A DNA stretch of 63,809 bases, the filler included, from Myxococcota bacterium (GTDB lineage Bacteria > Myxococcota > Myxococcia > Myxococcales > Myxococcaceae), in assembly GCA_049322255.1 (NCBI GenBank). It is 5 parts of 5 records of this genome, joined end to end, with 100 filler letters (N's around TTAATTAATTAA, not from the genome) between each part and the next. Parts side by side here need not be neighbours in the genome. Positions count along the whole stretch, not along the records: positions 27,616 to 41,253 come from JBMORE010000113.1; 4 more parts are not named here. One strand, given 5' to 3'. The notes beneath the pieces are model-generated. The model was not told the DNA's origin. It saw nothing but the letters and a program-made list of their open reading frames with translations, and made no database searches. Below, piece by piece: positions 28,476-37,706 of this stretch. A program made the position numbers and the translations under genes. How positions within the stretch are numbered: position 1 is the first letter of the stretch; the number at the start of each line of letters is the position of its first letter.

Positions 28476-28984
28476 TGTTGCGCTTCGCCGCCGTCGCTTT
28501 GCTCGCCCTCACCGCCTGCGGGGTGCCGCCGCCTCCTTCCGTCGAAGCGCTGCCCCCGCACGTCACCCTCTACGGCGTGCGCATGCGCACCTTCCGCGAC
28601 GCCGAGTTGGTCTCCTTCGGGCGTGCGGCCAAGCTCGTCTACAACCGCTCCACTGCCCACTTCACCGCCACCGAGGTGGCGCTGAGCTTTCCGGGCACAT
28701 CGTTTTCCGGGGTGGAGCTGCGTGCCCCACAGATGAACGGCCATCTCCCTTCGCGGTTGGCGGAAGGCAGTGGGGGAGTGCTCGTGCGTACCTCTGCGGG
28801 GCTGACCGGGAAGACCGAACGGGCCCGCTTCGACGGCCAGGCCCGACGTGCGGAAGGGGAGCTCCCGGTGAAGCTCGAGGGGCCGAGCTATTCGCTCGCC
28901 GCCCAGGGCTTCGATTTCGATTTCGCCACCGAGCGGTACCGCTTCACAGGTGGGGTGACGAGCCGCTTTGGAGGGGCGTGGTGA
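28475..28984 (+). CDS. lptC: LPS export protein LptC-like
   Basis: N-terminal lipoprotein-like signal (LTAC), beta-jellyroll-like sequence, position before lptA/lptB. Confidence 0.75.
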   Translation: MLRFAAVALLALTACGVPPPPSVEALPPHVTLYGVRMRTFRDAELVSFGRAAKLVYNRSTAHFTATEVALSFPGTSFSGVELRAPQMNGHLPSRLAEGSGGVLVRTSAGLTGKTERARFDGQARRAEGELPVKLEGPSYSLAAQGFDFDFATERYRFTGGVTSRFGGAW

Positions 28985-28985
28985 C

Positions 28986-29174
28986 TCGAGCGCTGGCTGA
29001 ACAACCGGGAGCGGGAGCGGGAGCGGGAGCGTTCCCGGGTATCGGGGACGCGTACGGCTCACGATGGCGGGGCACGTGTCCGGTCGCGTGCGACGTACCC
29101 GAATGCCGACCCCGTTCCCGCAAACGCTCCCGCTCCCGATCCCGCTCCCGGCTTCTGAGCACTCCATTCCCCTG
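28986..29174. mobile_element. palindromic MITE/REP-like insertion with GGGAGC hexamer arms
   Basis: (GGGAGC)n arm at ~29005-29032, complementary (GCTCCC)n arm at ~29123-29151; GGTGAC direct repeats at 28980 and 29175. Confidence 0.6.
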
Positions 29175-29175
29175 G

Positions 29176-30027
29176 GTGACACCCTTTCTCTTCTTGCTGT
29201 TGGCTTCGACACCCGATGCGGGCCCCGCGGTGACTCCCCGTGCGCTCGCCCGGCCGGTGGAGGTGGCCGCCGACGCGCTGGAGATTCTGGGCAAGGAGAA
29301 CCAAGCCATCTATTCCGGCCACGCCCGGGCCAAACGGGACAGCGCGACCATCACCTGCGAGCGCATTCACGTCTTCTACCGGGGCCAGGACATCTTACGC
29401 ATCGAGGCCACCGGGGGGGTGGAGGTCACCGATGGCGATCGCTGGGCCAAGGGGGAGCGGGCCGACTTCGACAACCTCACCGGCGTCTTGGTGGTCACCG
29501 GCGCCCCCCAGGCGCGGCAGGGCAAGAACCAGGTGGAGGGCTCGAAGGTGACCTTCACCGTGGGCAGCGACCTCCTCGAGGTGGACGATGCCCGTACCCT
29601 CTTCACCGACGCACCGGTGGCGGGGACCAAGCAGGAGCGGGTGCGCATCGACGCCAAACGTTTGACCCTCTTGGGTCAGAAGAACCAGGCGGTGTGGTCG
29701 GGCAAGGTGCGGGCGCGGCGCGGCACCGCCGAGATTTTCAGCGAAGAGCTCATCGCCCACTACACCGAGGGCGGCGCGCAAGAGGTCACCCGCCTGACCG
29801 CCTTGCGCGGGGTGGAGGTGAAGGACGGGGAGCGCTGGGCCCAAGGCGACCGCGCCGACTTCGACAACCGGCGCGGGGTGCTGGTGCTCACCGGCAACCC
29901 CCAAGCCCGCCAGGGGAAGAACCACTTGAAGGGCTCGCGGGTGGAGCTCACCGTGGGAACGGAACGCCTCGAGGTGCAAGACGCGGTGACCGTCTTCGAG
30001 CCCGAAGTGCTGGAGGAGAAGCGGTGA
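29176..30027 (+). CDS. lptA: LptA/OstA family protein with two tandem LptA-like domains (in-frame upstream GTG at 28981 also possible)
   Basis: Hydrophobic VTPFLFLLLAS; duplicated VEV.DG.RWA.G.RADFDN..GVLV.TG.PQARQGKN motif. Confidence 0.85.
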   Translation: MTPFLFLLLASTPDAGPAVTPRALARPVEVAADALEILGKENQAIYSGHARAKRDSATITCERIHVFYRGQDILRIEATGGVEVTDGDRWAKGERADFDNLTGVLVVTGAPQARQGKNQVEGSKVTFTVGSDLLEVDDARTLFTDAPVAGTKQERVRIDAKRLTLLGQKNQAVWSGKVRARRGTAEIFSEELIAHYTEGGAQEVTRLTALRGVEVKDGERWAQGDRADFDNRRGVLVLTGNPQARQGKNHLKGSRVELTVGTERLEVQDAVTVFEPEVLEEKR

Positions 30028-30764
30028 GTGAGCCGGGCACCCTCGTCGCCCAGGGCCTCACCAAGGCCTACCGCGCGCGCAAGGTGGTGGACGGGGTGTC
30101 CCTCCAGGTGCGGCGGGGGGAGGTGGTGGGCCTTTTGGGGCCCAACGGCGCGGGCAAGACGACCAGCTTTCTCATGGTGGTGGGATTGGTGCGGCCTGAC
30201 GGCGGCGAAGTGTGGCTCGACGGGGAAAGGCTCACCGCCCTGCCCATGCACCGACGTGCCCGCGCTGGCTTGGGCTACCTGCCCCAGGAGGCGTCGGTGT
30301 TTCGCAAGCTCACCGTGCGGCAAAACTTCCTCGCCGTGCTCGAGCTGCAAAAGGGGCTGGACAAGAAGGCGCGCGCGCACGCGGCAGACGCGCTTTTGGC
30401 CGAGTTCGGCCTTTCCCACCTGGGCGACTCCTTGGGAGAAACCCTCTCCGGGGGAGAGCGGCGGCGCACCGAGATTGCGCGCTCCCTCATCCCCGGGCCC
30501 AAGTTCATTCTCTTCGACGAACCCTTCGCCGGCGTCGACCCCATCAACGTGGGCGAGCTGCAGCGCGAAATCTCCCAGCTCAAGTCCCGGGGGCTGGGCA
30601 TTCTCATCACCGACCACAACGTGCGCGACACCTTGGGCATCTGTGATCGCGCGTACATCATCGCCCAGGGGAAAATCCTCGAGGAGGGCACTCCCGAAAA
30701 GCTTGCCTCCTCGGCAGCAGCCCGGGCGGTCTATTTGGGCGACCGCTTCGTGCTGGGCGGCTGA
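30024..30764 (+). CDS. lptB: LPS export ABC transporter ATP-binding protein
   Basis: GLLGPNGAGKTT, GYLPQEASVFRKL, LSGGERRR, DEPFAGVDP, LITDHNVRDTL. Confidence 0.96.
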   Translation: MSEPGTLVAQGLTKAYRARKVVDGVSLQVRRGEVVGLLGPNGAGKTTSFLMVVGLVRPDGGEVWLDGERLTALPMHRRARAGLGYLPQEASVFRKLTVRQNFLAVLELQKGLDKKARAHAADALLAEFGLSHLGDSLGETLSGGERRRTEIARSLIPGPKFILFDEPFAGVDPINVGELQREISQLKSRGLGILITDHNVRDTLGICDRAYIIAQGKILEEGTPEKLASSAAARAVYLGDRFVLGG

Positions 30765-30840
30765 CTGTCGTTCGTTCAACACCCTGTAATACCTAAGAAA
30801 TCATCCAGCGGCATAGACGTCTTCGGGAGGCTTTGTTAGC

Positions 30841-30857
30841 TTGGCACGACTCTTGAT
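30841..30857 (+). promoter_or_regulatory. sigma54 -24/-12-like site directly upstream of rpoN
   Basis: TTGGCACGACTCTTGAT versus consensus TGGCAC-N5-TTGC. Confidence 0.65.
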
Positions 30858-30869
30858 GGAAGGCGCCTA

Positions 30870-32381
30870 ATGGGGATGGAGCTCAAGCAGAGCCTCAAGC
30901 TCTCGCAGCAGCTGGTGATGACCCCGCAGCTGCAGCAAGCCATCAAGCTGCTTCAGCTGTCGCGCATGGAGCTGCTCGAGCAGGTGCGGGAGGAGATGGA
31001 GCAAAATCCGCTCCTCGAGCAGCCGGACGAGACGGTGGAGGGCGACCTGGCGGACAAGGCGCCGGGCGAGGCCTCGCTGGAAGCGGAGAACCTGGAGCCT
31101 CCTCCAGGGGCGGAGGCTCCGGCGCTGGAGGTGGCCCAGGAGGTGAAGCCGGAGGAAGGCGGCCCGGCGGAAATCGACTGGGAGGCCTACCTCAACAGCT
31201 ACCAATTCAACGAGCCGACCACCCCCTCCAACAAGGGGAGCGTGGCCACCGACGACTTGCCCTCCTTTGAAGCCAACCTGGTCAAGAAGGAGGACTTGAC
31301 CGAGCACCTGGTGGCCCAGCTGGGGATGCTCAAGCTCAACGAGGCGGAGCGGCGGGTGGCCTCGCTCATCATCGGCAACCTCGACGACGAGGGGTACCTC
31401 AAGCTTCCCGAGGTGGAGGGCGACCCGCTCATCCGGCTGGCCAACGAGGCCGACGTCCCCACCTGGCTGGCGGAGAAGACGCTGCGCCGCATTCAGGAGC
31501 TCGACCCCAAAGGCTGCGGGGCGCGCGACCTTCAGGAGTGCCTGCTCATTCAGTGCCGCTTTCTCAAAGACCCGGCGGCCCCGCTCTTGGGCACCCTCAT
31601 CAAGCGGCACATGAAGCTCTTGGAGTCGAAGAACCTCCCGGCCATCGCCAAGGACCTCAAGGTGACGCTGGAGGAGGTGGTGGAGGCGGCCAAGCTCCTC
31701 CCGAAGCTCGACCCCAAGCCGGGGCGCAACTACTCGGGGGAGGACGCGCAGTACATCACCCCCGACGTCTTCGTCTACAAGCTGGGCGAGGAGTACACGG
31801 TGGTGCTCAACGACGACGGCCTGTCGAAGCTGCGCATCTCCAACACCTACCGCAACGCGCTCAAGAACGGCGGCATCGCTCCGGGGATGACCAAGGAGTT
31901 CGTGCAGGAGAAGCTGCGCAGCGCGATGTGGCTCATCCGCTCCATTCACCAGCGGCAGCGGACCATCTACAAAGTCACCGAGTCGATCGTGAAGTTCCAG
32001 CGCGACTTCTTCGACAAGGGCATCGCGCACCTAAAGCCGCTCATCCTGCGCGACGTGGCCGAGGACATTGGCATGCACGAGTCGACGGTGTCGCGGGTGA
32101 CCACCAACAAATACGTGCACACTCCGCAAGGCATCTTCGAGCTCAAGTACTTCTTCAACTCTTCCATCGCCCGTACCTCGGGAGACGACATCGCCTCGGA
32201 GGCGGTGAAGAACCACATCAAGCAGCTGGTGGCCAACGAAGACGCCAAGAACCCCTACTCCGACCAGAAAATCGTCGAGCTCTTGCGCGCCCAAGGCATC
32301 GAGATTGCCCGACGCACGGTGGCCAAGTACCGCGAGGTCTTGGGGGTGCTGCCCTCGAGCAAACGTAAGCGCTACTACTGA
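30870..32381 (+). CDS. rpoN: RNA polymerase sigma-54 factor
   Basis: LSQQLVMTPQLQQAIKLLQL, HESTVSR, RpoN box ARRTVAKYRE. Confidence 0.99.
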   Translation: MGMELKQSLKLSQQLVMTPQLQQAIKLLQLSRMELLEQVREEMEQNPLLEQPDETVEGDLADKAPGEASLEAENLEPPPGAEAPALEVAQEVKPEEGGPAEIDWEAYLNSYQFNEPTTPSNKGSVATDDLPSFEANLVKKEDLTEHLVAQLGMLKLNEAERRVASLIIGNLDDEGYLKLPEVEGDPLIRLANEADVPTWLAEKTLRRIQELDPKGCGARDLQECLLIQCRFLKDPAAPLLGTLIKRHMKLLESKNLPAIAKDLKVTLEEVVEAAKLLPKLDPKPGRNYSGEDAQYITPDVFVYKLGEEYTVVLNDDGLSKLRISNTYRNALKNGGIAPGMTKEFVQEKLRSAMWLIRSIHQRQRTIYKVTESIVKFQRDFFDKGIAHLKPLILRDVAEDIGMHESTVSRVTTNKYVHTPQGIFELKYFFNSSIARTSGDDIASEAVKNHIKQLVANEDAKNPYSDQKIVELLRAQGIEIARRTVAKYREVLGVLPSSKRKRYY

Positions 32382-32387
32382 AAAGTG

Positions 32388-32423
32388 CCCCCTCTCCCCC
32401 TGGGAGAAGGTGGGGGTGAGGGG
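32388..32423. repeat. REP-like palindrome (CCCTCTCCC-N-GGGAGAGGG-T-GGGGTGAGGG family), copy 1
   Basis: CCCCCTCTCCCCCTGGGAGAAGGTGGGGGTGAGGGG right after rpoN stop. Confidence 0.85.
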
Positions 32424-32506
32424 TTGCATTCTTGCCTGCTGTTGACTCAGATCATCTCCGCAGCGCTTGGACGTGAATTCCCGCAAACCCCCGGAGGCAC
32501 CCACGC

Positions 32507-33112
32507 ATGCAGCTCAACATCACCTTCCGCCACATAGAACCCATCGATTCCCTCAAAGACTACGCGCGCGAGAAGGTGGAGCGGGCCCACAAGTACCTGG
32601 ACCGCACCGGTGAAGCGCACGTGGTGCTCACCCACGAGCGCCACCTGAACATGGCGGACATCACCATTCACTCCGGCTCCTGGGTGTTGCGCGGGCGGGA
32701 GAAGAGCGAGGACATGTATGCCTCCATCGACTTGGCGATGGACAAAATCGAGCGCCAGCTGCGCCGCTACAAGGAGCGACTCAAGCACCACCACGGTCGC
32801 GAGCGGGTGCACCACCGGCAAGAGCTCTTGAGCCAGGTGAAGGTGCGCTACGACATCGTCCAGGTGCCTGACCCCGAGCAAGCCCCAGGCGCCACCGACG
32901 TCAGCCCCCGCATCATCCGCACCAACGAGTTCCTCGCCCACCCGATGACGGTGGAGGAGGCGGTGATGCAGATGGACTTGATGAACAACGACTTTCTGGT
33001 GTTCACCAACGCCACCTCGCAGGAGGTGAACGTGGTGTACCGCCGTAAAGACGGGCACTACGGCCTCATCGAGGCCAGCGCGGTGAGGGAGCAGACCCGC
33101 AAGGCGGGGTAG
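32507..33112 (+). CDS. hpf: ribosome hibernation promoting factor (long HPF)
   Basis: MQLNITFRH, DMYASIDLAMDKIERQLRRYKE, PMTVEEAVMQM, VVYRRKDGHYGLIE. Confidence 0.96.
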   Translation: MQLNITFRHIEPIDSLKDYAREKVERAHKYLDRTGEAHVVLTHERHLNMADITIHSGSWVLRGREKSEDMYASIDLAMDKIERQLRRYKERLKHHHGRERVHHRQELLSQVKVRYDIVQVPDPEQAPGATDVSPRIIRTNEFLAHPMTVEEAVMQMDLMNNDFLVFTNATSQEVNVVYRRKDGHYGLIEASAVREQTRKAG

Positions 33113-33125
33113 CCGCGCCCCGGTC

Positions 33126-33189
33126 TTAAGTGAGGCAGCTTACCGACGTCGTGCCACTTCGGCGGCTCGACTCCAACCGCGCGGAGCAT
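33126..33189 (-). pseudogene. HEPN domain fragment (apparently truncated)
   Basis: MLRAVGVEPPKWHDVGKL resembles HEPN partners of MNTs; similarity ends there and the frame runs antisense into hpf. Confidence 0.6.
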
Positions 33190-33289
33190 NNNNNNNNNNN
33201 NNNNNNNNNNNNNNNNNNNNNNNNNNNNNNNNNNNNNNNNNNNNNNNNNNNNNNNNNNNNNNNNNNNNNNNNNNNNNNNNNNNNNNNNN
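33190..33289. other. scaffold gap (100 N, no linker)
   Basis: N run. Confidence 0.98.
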
Positions 33290-33510
33290 TCGAGCGCTTT
33301 TTCGACATCCAAGAACTCGCGGACCCGCTGCATCCGTCCCATGGGGAGCGAATCGGCGACGATCAACAGATCGACGTCGGAGTCCGGCCGGGCGGTGCCG
33401 CGCGCCACCGAACCGAACACCGCCAGACTGACAAGCCGATCGCCGTATGCACGGCAAACCTCCGCTTTCAGCTCCGCAAAGAACGCCTCGAAGATCATCG
33501 GGGAGGTCAC
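33290..33510 (-). CDS. minimal nucleotidyltransferase (MNT), 3' part in gap
   Basis: LVSLAVFGSVARGTARPDSDVDLLIV (GS..RG...SD.D motif). Confidence 0.88.
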
Positions 33511-33602
33511 GGAAGTTGCTAGGGACGCCCCCAGCGCAGGTCAAACCTGGCAGACGAATGCGCGCGAACGATTCCACGCCACCGGGAGGCAGAACCATCC
33601 GG

Positions 33603-34010
33603 CTAGGGCAGAAAGCGCGCGCGCTGCTCCGGCGCGGGCAGCTCGCAGCGGTCGGTCGTGCCCCAGATGCGGTGGCGCAGCCGCGCGAGCAGCCGGTAGG
33701 GGAGGTCGAGCAAGAACGCGGGCAGCCAGCGCAGCACGTGGCCCCATCGCCAGGGCGCCCGCAAGTGCCGCGCCGCGTGGAGGAGCGCCTTGCTGCGCAG
33801 GTACGCCTTGCCGCCAGCGATGTAGACGACCGACTCGAGGGCCAGGGGGATGTTCGGGTGCACCGCGCGCAGCGCTGAGGCAGTCGGTCCTTGCAGCGGT
33901 GCGAACCGCAGCTCATGGTCTCGCTCGTGCCGAAGCAACCAGCGCACCGAGCGGCTGCACAGGCCGCACTCGCCATCGTAAAGCACAATCGGTTCAGCGG
34001 GGGCGCCCAC
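33603..34010 (-). CDS. DCC1-like thiol-disulfide oxidoreductase family protein (DUF393)
   Basis: IVLYDGECGLC, FAPLQG, C-terminal RIWG...C..P....RARFL. Confidence 0.9.
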   Translation of the reverse strand: MGAPAEPIVLYDGECGLCSRSVRWLLRHERDHELRFAPLQGPTASALRAVHPNIPLALESVVYIAGGKAYLRSKALLHAARHLRAPWRWGHVLRWLPAFLLDLPYRLLARLRHRIWGTTDRCELPAPEQRARFLP

Positions 34011-34053
34011 GAATTGAGTGTCGACTCGCCGGCAACAGATGGCAATGCCGGGC

Positions 34054-35808
34054 CTAAGGGGTAGGCCCCGCCAGCTCCACCCCGTGCCCGAACGGGTAGC
34101 GCGACAAGCGCACCGGCAGCTTGCCGGGAGTGCCAATCTCTCCGAAGAGCGCCGCCGCCGCCGCCGCCGCTGACACCTCCCGGTACGAGTAGGTGGCCAG
34201 TACTGCCTGGGCCTCGCTCACCTGCTCGCCCAGGTAGGGCAGCCCCATGGTCACCGCCACCACCGGTTTGCCGGTGGACGCCGCCAGGGTGACCAGCTCG
34301 AGCTGGCGCGAGTTGATGACCCCCACCACCACCACGTCGGCGCTGGCGGCCAGCTCACGCGTCCGCTGCCGTGCCCTCGCTCGCTCCGCGCTCGAGGCAT
34401 AGGCCGGCACTACCAAGGCCTGGGCGAGCGGAGCGCGCGCCGAAATCGCCCGCGCCAGCGCTCCTTCGGCGGTGGCCACCACGATTTTCTGCGACGCCCG
34501 CAAGGGCAGCACCCGCCCGTCCCAACGAAGCAGGGTCACCGCCGCTTGGGCGATCTGCTCGGCCACCTTGCCGTCGGACCCCAGGCGGGCCAGCCGCTCC
34601 GCCAGAGGGGGAGGAGGCTCGAACAGCCCACGCTTCACCTTCACGGTGAGGATGCGGCGCACCGTCTCGTCGAGCCGCTGGGCGGAAAGCGCTCCACTGC
34701 GCGCCGCCTCCAGCAAGGCCAGGTACACCTCGGTCTTCTTCTCCGGCCGCCAGGGGATGAGCACCATGTCCGCCCCGGCCTGAATCGCCATCACCGCTGC
34801 CCGCCCGACGCCGTAGCGGTTGGCGATGGCCTCCATCTCCAGCTCGTCAGTGAGCACCAGGCCCCCAAAGCCCAGCCGTTGCCGAAGCAGGTGGGTGAGC
34901 ACCTGGCGGGAGAGGGTGGCGGGCAGGTCGTCGCCGGTCACCTTGGGCATGGCCACGTGGGCGGTCATCAGCCCGTCGAGGCCCGCCTCCACCGCTACCC
35001 GGAAGGGCTCCATCTGCAAAAGCATTTCGCTTTCGGTCTCTTTCATCACCGGCAGCGCCTTGTGGCTGTCGGCCTCCGTCGAGCCGTGGCCGGGAAAGTG
35101 CTTGGCCACCGTCACCATGTTGGCGTCCTGCTGCCCGCGCACGAAGTCGGCGCCGAACCTGGCCACCAGCTCCACCTCGTCCCCGAAGGAGCGAATGCCG
35201 ATGACCGGGTTTTTGGGATTCAGGTTCACGTCCAGCACCGGGGCGAGGTTCATGTTGAAGCCCAGCCGGCGTAAGTCCTCTCCTTGGGCCTTTCCCGCCT
35301 GGTAGGCGAGCTGCGCGGAGCGGGTGGCTCCCAGCGCCATGTTCCCCGGGAGCACCACGTTGCCGTCGGCGATGCGCACCACGTTGCCGCCTTCTTGGTC
35401 CACCGCGATGAAGGGAGGAACGGAGTCGGCCAGGAGCGCGCGCACCTCGTCGTTGAGTCGGGCGATTTGCGCCGCGTTCACGATGTTGCGCTTGAACATG
35501 CACACCCCGCCCACCTGGCGGTCCTTCACCAACGCCTCGATGTCTTCGTCCACCGCGGTGCCGGCGAAGCCGACCATCATCAGTTGCCCCACCTTCTGCG
35601 AAAGCGACATCTGGGCGAGCAGCGCCTCCACATCGGGGCCGGTGGGAGCGACCGGGGCCAGGGGGAGGGGAGGTGGAGCCACCTTCACGGCGGGGGCGGT
35701 GGGAGTCGGAGCGGGAGGCGGCGGCGCCGACGGCGGGACGGAGCGCACGCAGGCGGCCAGCACAATCCACAGGACGTGTTTCAAGGCGCGCTCAATGTAG
35801 TTCACCAC
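34054..35808 (-). CDS. nagZ: GH3 beta-N-acetylhexosaminidase (lipoprotein)
   Basis: AVDQEGG, NLAPVLD, KHFPGHGSTEADSH, LTDELEMEA; LAAC lipobox. Confidence 0.9.
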   Translation of the reverse strand: MVNYIERALKHVLWIVLAACVRSVPPSAPPPPAPTPTAPAVKVAPPPLPLAPVAPTGPDVEALLAQMSLSQKVGQLMMVGFAGTAVDEDIEALVKDRQVGGVCMFKRNIVNAAQIARLNDEVRALLADSVPPFIAVDQEGGNVVRIADGNVVLPGNMALGATRSAQLAYQAGKAQGEDLRRLGFNMNLAPVLDVNLNPKNPVIGIRSFGDEVELVARFGADFVRGQQDANMVTVAKHFPGHGSTEADSHKALPVMKETESEMLLQMEPFRVAVEAGLDGLMTAHVAMPKVTGDDLPATLSRQVLTHLLRQRLGFGGLVLTDELEMEAIANRYGVGRAAVMAIQAGADMVLIPWRPEKKTEVYLALLEAARSGALSAQRLDETVRRILTVKVKRGLFEPPPPLAERLARLGSDGKVAEQIAQAAVTLLRWDGRVLPLRASQKIVVATAEGALARAISARAPLAQALVVPAYASSAERARARQRTRELAASADVVVVGVINSRQLELVTLAASTGKPVVAVTMGLPYLGEQVSEAQAVLATYSYREVSAAAAAAALFGEIGTPGKLPVRLSRYPFGHGVELAGPTP

Positions 35809-35900
35809 GAGCAGCCGACCAACCGCCTCGACTTCCCTTGCGATCCACCTGGCCCGGGAGTAAGTGCGCCTCGATTCTCCTAAAGGCCCGTGTTTCGTTC

Positions 35901-36362
35901 ATGAAGATCGCCGAGTTCTTGAGCCCTCAAGCGGTCGTGCCCGGCTTGGCCGCGAAGAACAAACCCGAGGTGCTCAAAGAGCTGTGCGCCGCGCTCTCCA
36001 AGACGCACCCCACGCTCCCCCCCGAGCGGCTGGTGGAGGTGCTTCAGGAGCGAGAGAAGCTGGGCTCCACCGGCATCGGCGAGGGCGTGGCCATTCCCCA
36101 CGGCAAGCTCGCCGGCCTGTCGCAGCTGGTCGCCTCCTTCGGGGTGTCACGCCAAGGGGTCGACTTCGACGCCATCGACGGAAAGAAGACCCAGCTCTTC
36201 TTCGCCCTGGTGGCGCCGGAGAACTCCGCCGGAGTCCATCTGAAAGCGCTCGCCCGCATCAGCCGGCTGTTCAAGAACCCCCGCTTTCGCGAGGCGATTC
36301 TGCAGGCCCCAAGCGCTCAGGAGATTTACCAGCTCATCGCCCAGGAAGACGCGAAGGCGTAA
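35901..36362 (+). CDS. ptsN: PTS IIA nitrogen-regulatory protein
   Basis: REKLGSTGIGEGVAIPHGK, VDFDAIDG, HLKALARISR. Confidence 0.94.
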   Translation: MKIAEFLSPQAVVPGLAAKNKPEVLKELCAALSKTHPTLPPERLVEVLQEREKLGSTGIGEGVAIPHGKLAGLSQLVASFGVSRQGVDFDAIDGKKTQLFFALVAPENSAGVHLKALARISRLFKNPRFREAILQAPSAQEIYQLIAQEDAKA

Positions 36363-36365
36363 ACG

Positions 36366-37256
36366 ATGGAAGTCGTCATTCGCCCGGTGAACGACCGCTT
36401 CTTGCGCGAGGTGGTGTTTCCCGCCTTCGAGCGCGGGGTGGTCGACGCGGTGGGCGGGCTCGAGGTGCTCCTGTCCGCCATCGGCGACGAGAAGACCCGC
36501 GTGGGGCTGGAGGCGCTCTACGACAGCGGCATCACCGGGAGCTTCTTCAGCCTGGACGAGGACTGCTGGGTAGAGTCGGTGTACCAGCTGCTCTTCAACG
36601 AGTGGCGGCTCCACCCCGACGGCTGGAGAATGGGCGGGGGGTACGCCGGCTACGCCGGTGATTGGGAGGGGACGCTCCACCTCGCGCTGATGCTCGAGGA
36701 CCCCGGCTACCCCTACGACGACCCCCAGCAGGCGGCCGCGTCACGCTGGGGCTTTCTCCAAGAACCTCGCAAGGACTTCGACCTGGCCTCGCTGGTCTGC
36801 GGCAGCTGGAACCCCGTGCCCGCCTTTCCCCCTGACCAGGTGCTGCCCAACCAGGGGCAGGCGCAGTACCGCCCGGCGCAAGGGGTGGTGGTCGCCGACT
36901 GGAGCTGGCGTCCAATGGAGGTGGTCAACGCCTGGGGTGCGCAGCTGCCCAACAAGCTCTCGCGCCTTTTGGGGCGGGAAAAGAAACGCCTCGCCCCCGT
37001 CGAAGCGCCCGAGACCCACGAAGTCCTCGACTATTGGCTGGGCCACACCGAGACGCCGCCGCTTTTGGCAGTGACCTTCTCCGGGCTGGGGCCGACCTCC
37101 AGTAGCTGGATTCGCGAGATTGGCGCCCTGGCGCGCATGGTTCGCGACGCCGCCACCAGCGAGCAGGGCTTGACCGCCATCATCACCCGCCGCGGCCGAA
37201 CGATGGCCGACGGCTCCCCGCTGGAGCACGCCGACGTCGGCGAAGAGGGGCGCTGA
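36366..37256 (+). CDS. hypothetical protein (296 aa)
   Basis: Starts 3 nt after ptsN stop, coding-like composition; no recognised motif. Confidence 0.8.
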   Translation: MEVVIRPVNDRFLREVVFPAFERGVVDAVGGLEVLLSAIGDEKTRVGLEALYDSGITGSFFSLDEDCWVESVYQLLFNEWRLHPDGWRMGGGYAGYAGDWEGTLHLALMLEDPGYPYDDPQQAAASRWGFLQEPRKDFDLASLVCGSWNPVPAFPPDQVLPNQGQAQYRPAQGVVVADWSWRPMEVVNAWGAQLPNKLSRLLGREKKRLAPVEAPETHEVLDYWLGHTETPPLLAVTFSGLGPTSSSWIREIGALARMVRDAATSEQGLTAIITRRGRTMADGSPLEHADVGEEGR

Positions 37257-37262
37257 CCTGGT

Positions 37263-37706
37263 TCAACCCCGCGTATCCAACAGAATCGTCACCGGCCCGT
37301 CGTTGACCAGGGCCACCTTCATGTCCGCGGCGAACACCCCCTCGCCCACCGACAGCCCTGCCGCGCGCGCCTTTTCGCAAAAAAAAGCGTAGAGCCGCTT
37401 GGCCTCGGAGGGCTCGCAGGCCTCGATGAAGCTGGGACGGCGGCCTTTCTTCGCGTCGCCGTAGAGGGTGAATTGGCTTACCGCCAAGAGCGCGCGCGTG
37501 GTGTCGAGGAGCGAGCGATTCATCTTCCCTCCCTCGTCCTCGAAGATGCGTAACGAAGCCACCTTCTCGGCCATCCACGCCGCGTCGGCCTCGGTGTCGC
37601 CCTTGCCCACTCCCAAGAGCACCAACAGGCCGGGGCCGATTTCGCTCACCACCTTCTCCTCCACCGTCACTTGGGCGGAGGAGACCCTTTGCACCACCGC
37701 GCGCAC
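37263..37706 (-). CDS. dtd: D-aminoacyl-tRNA deacylase
   Basis: [39 protein letters not shown]. Confidence 0.97.
   Translation of the reverse strand: MRAVVQRVSSAQVTVEEKVVSEIGPGLLVLLGVGKGDTEADAAWMAEKVASLRIFEDEGGKMNRSLLDTTRALLAVSQFTLYGDAKKGRRPSFIEACEPSEAKRLYAFFCEKARAAGLSVGEGVFAADMKVALVNDGPVTILLDTRG

Noticed and set aside
29064..30023. Long N-terminal extension on LptB (566-aa ORF)
   Set aside because: Overlaps lptA in another frame; GTG at 30024 overlapping the lptA stop is the natural start
33058..33510. MNT-HEPN fusion protein
   Set aside because: Frame continuity depends on an arbitrary 100-N gap
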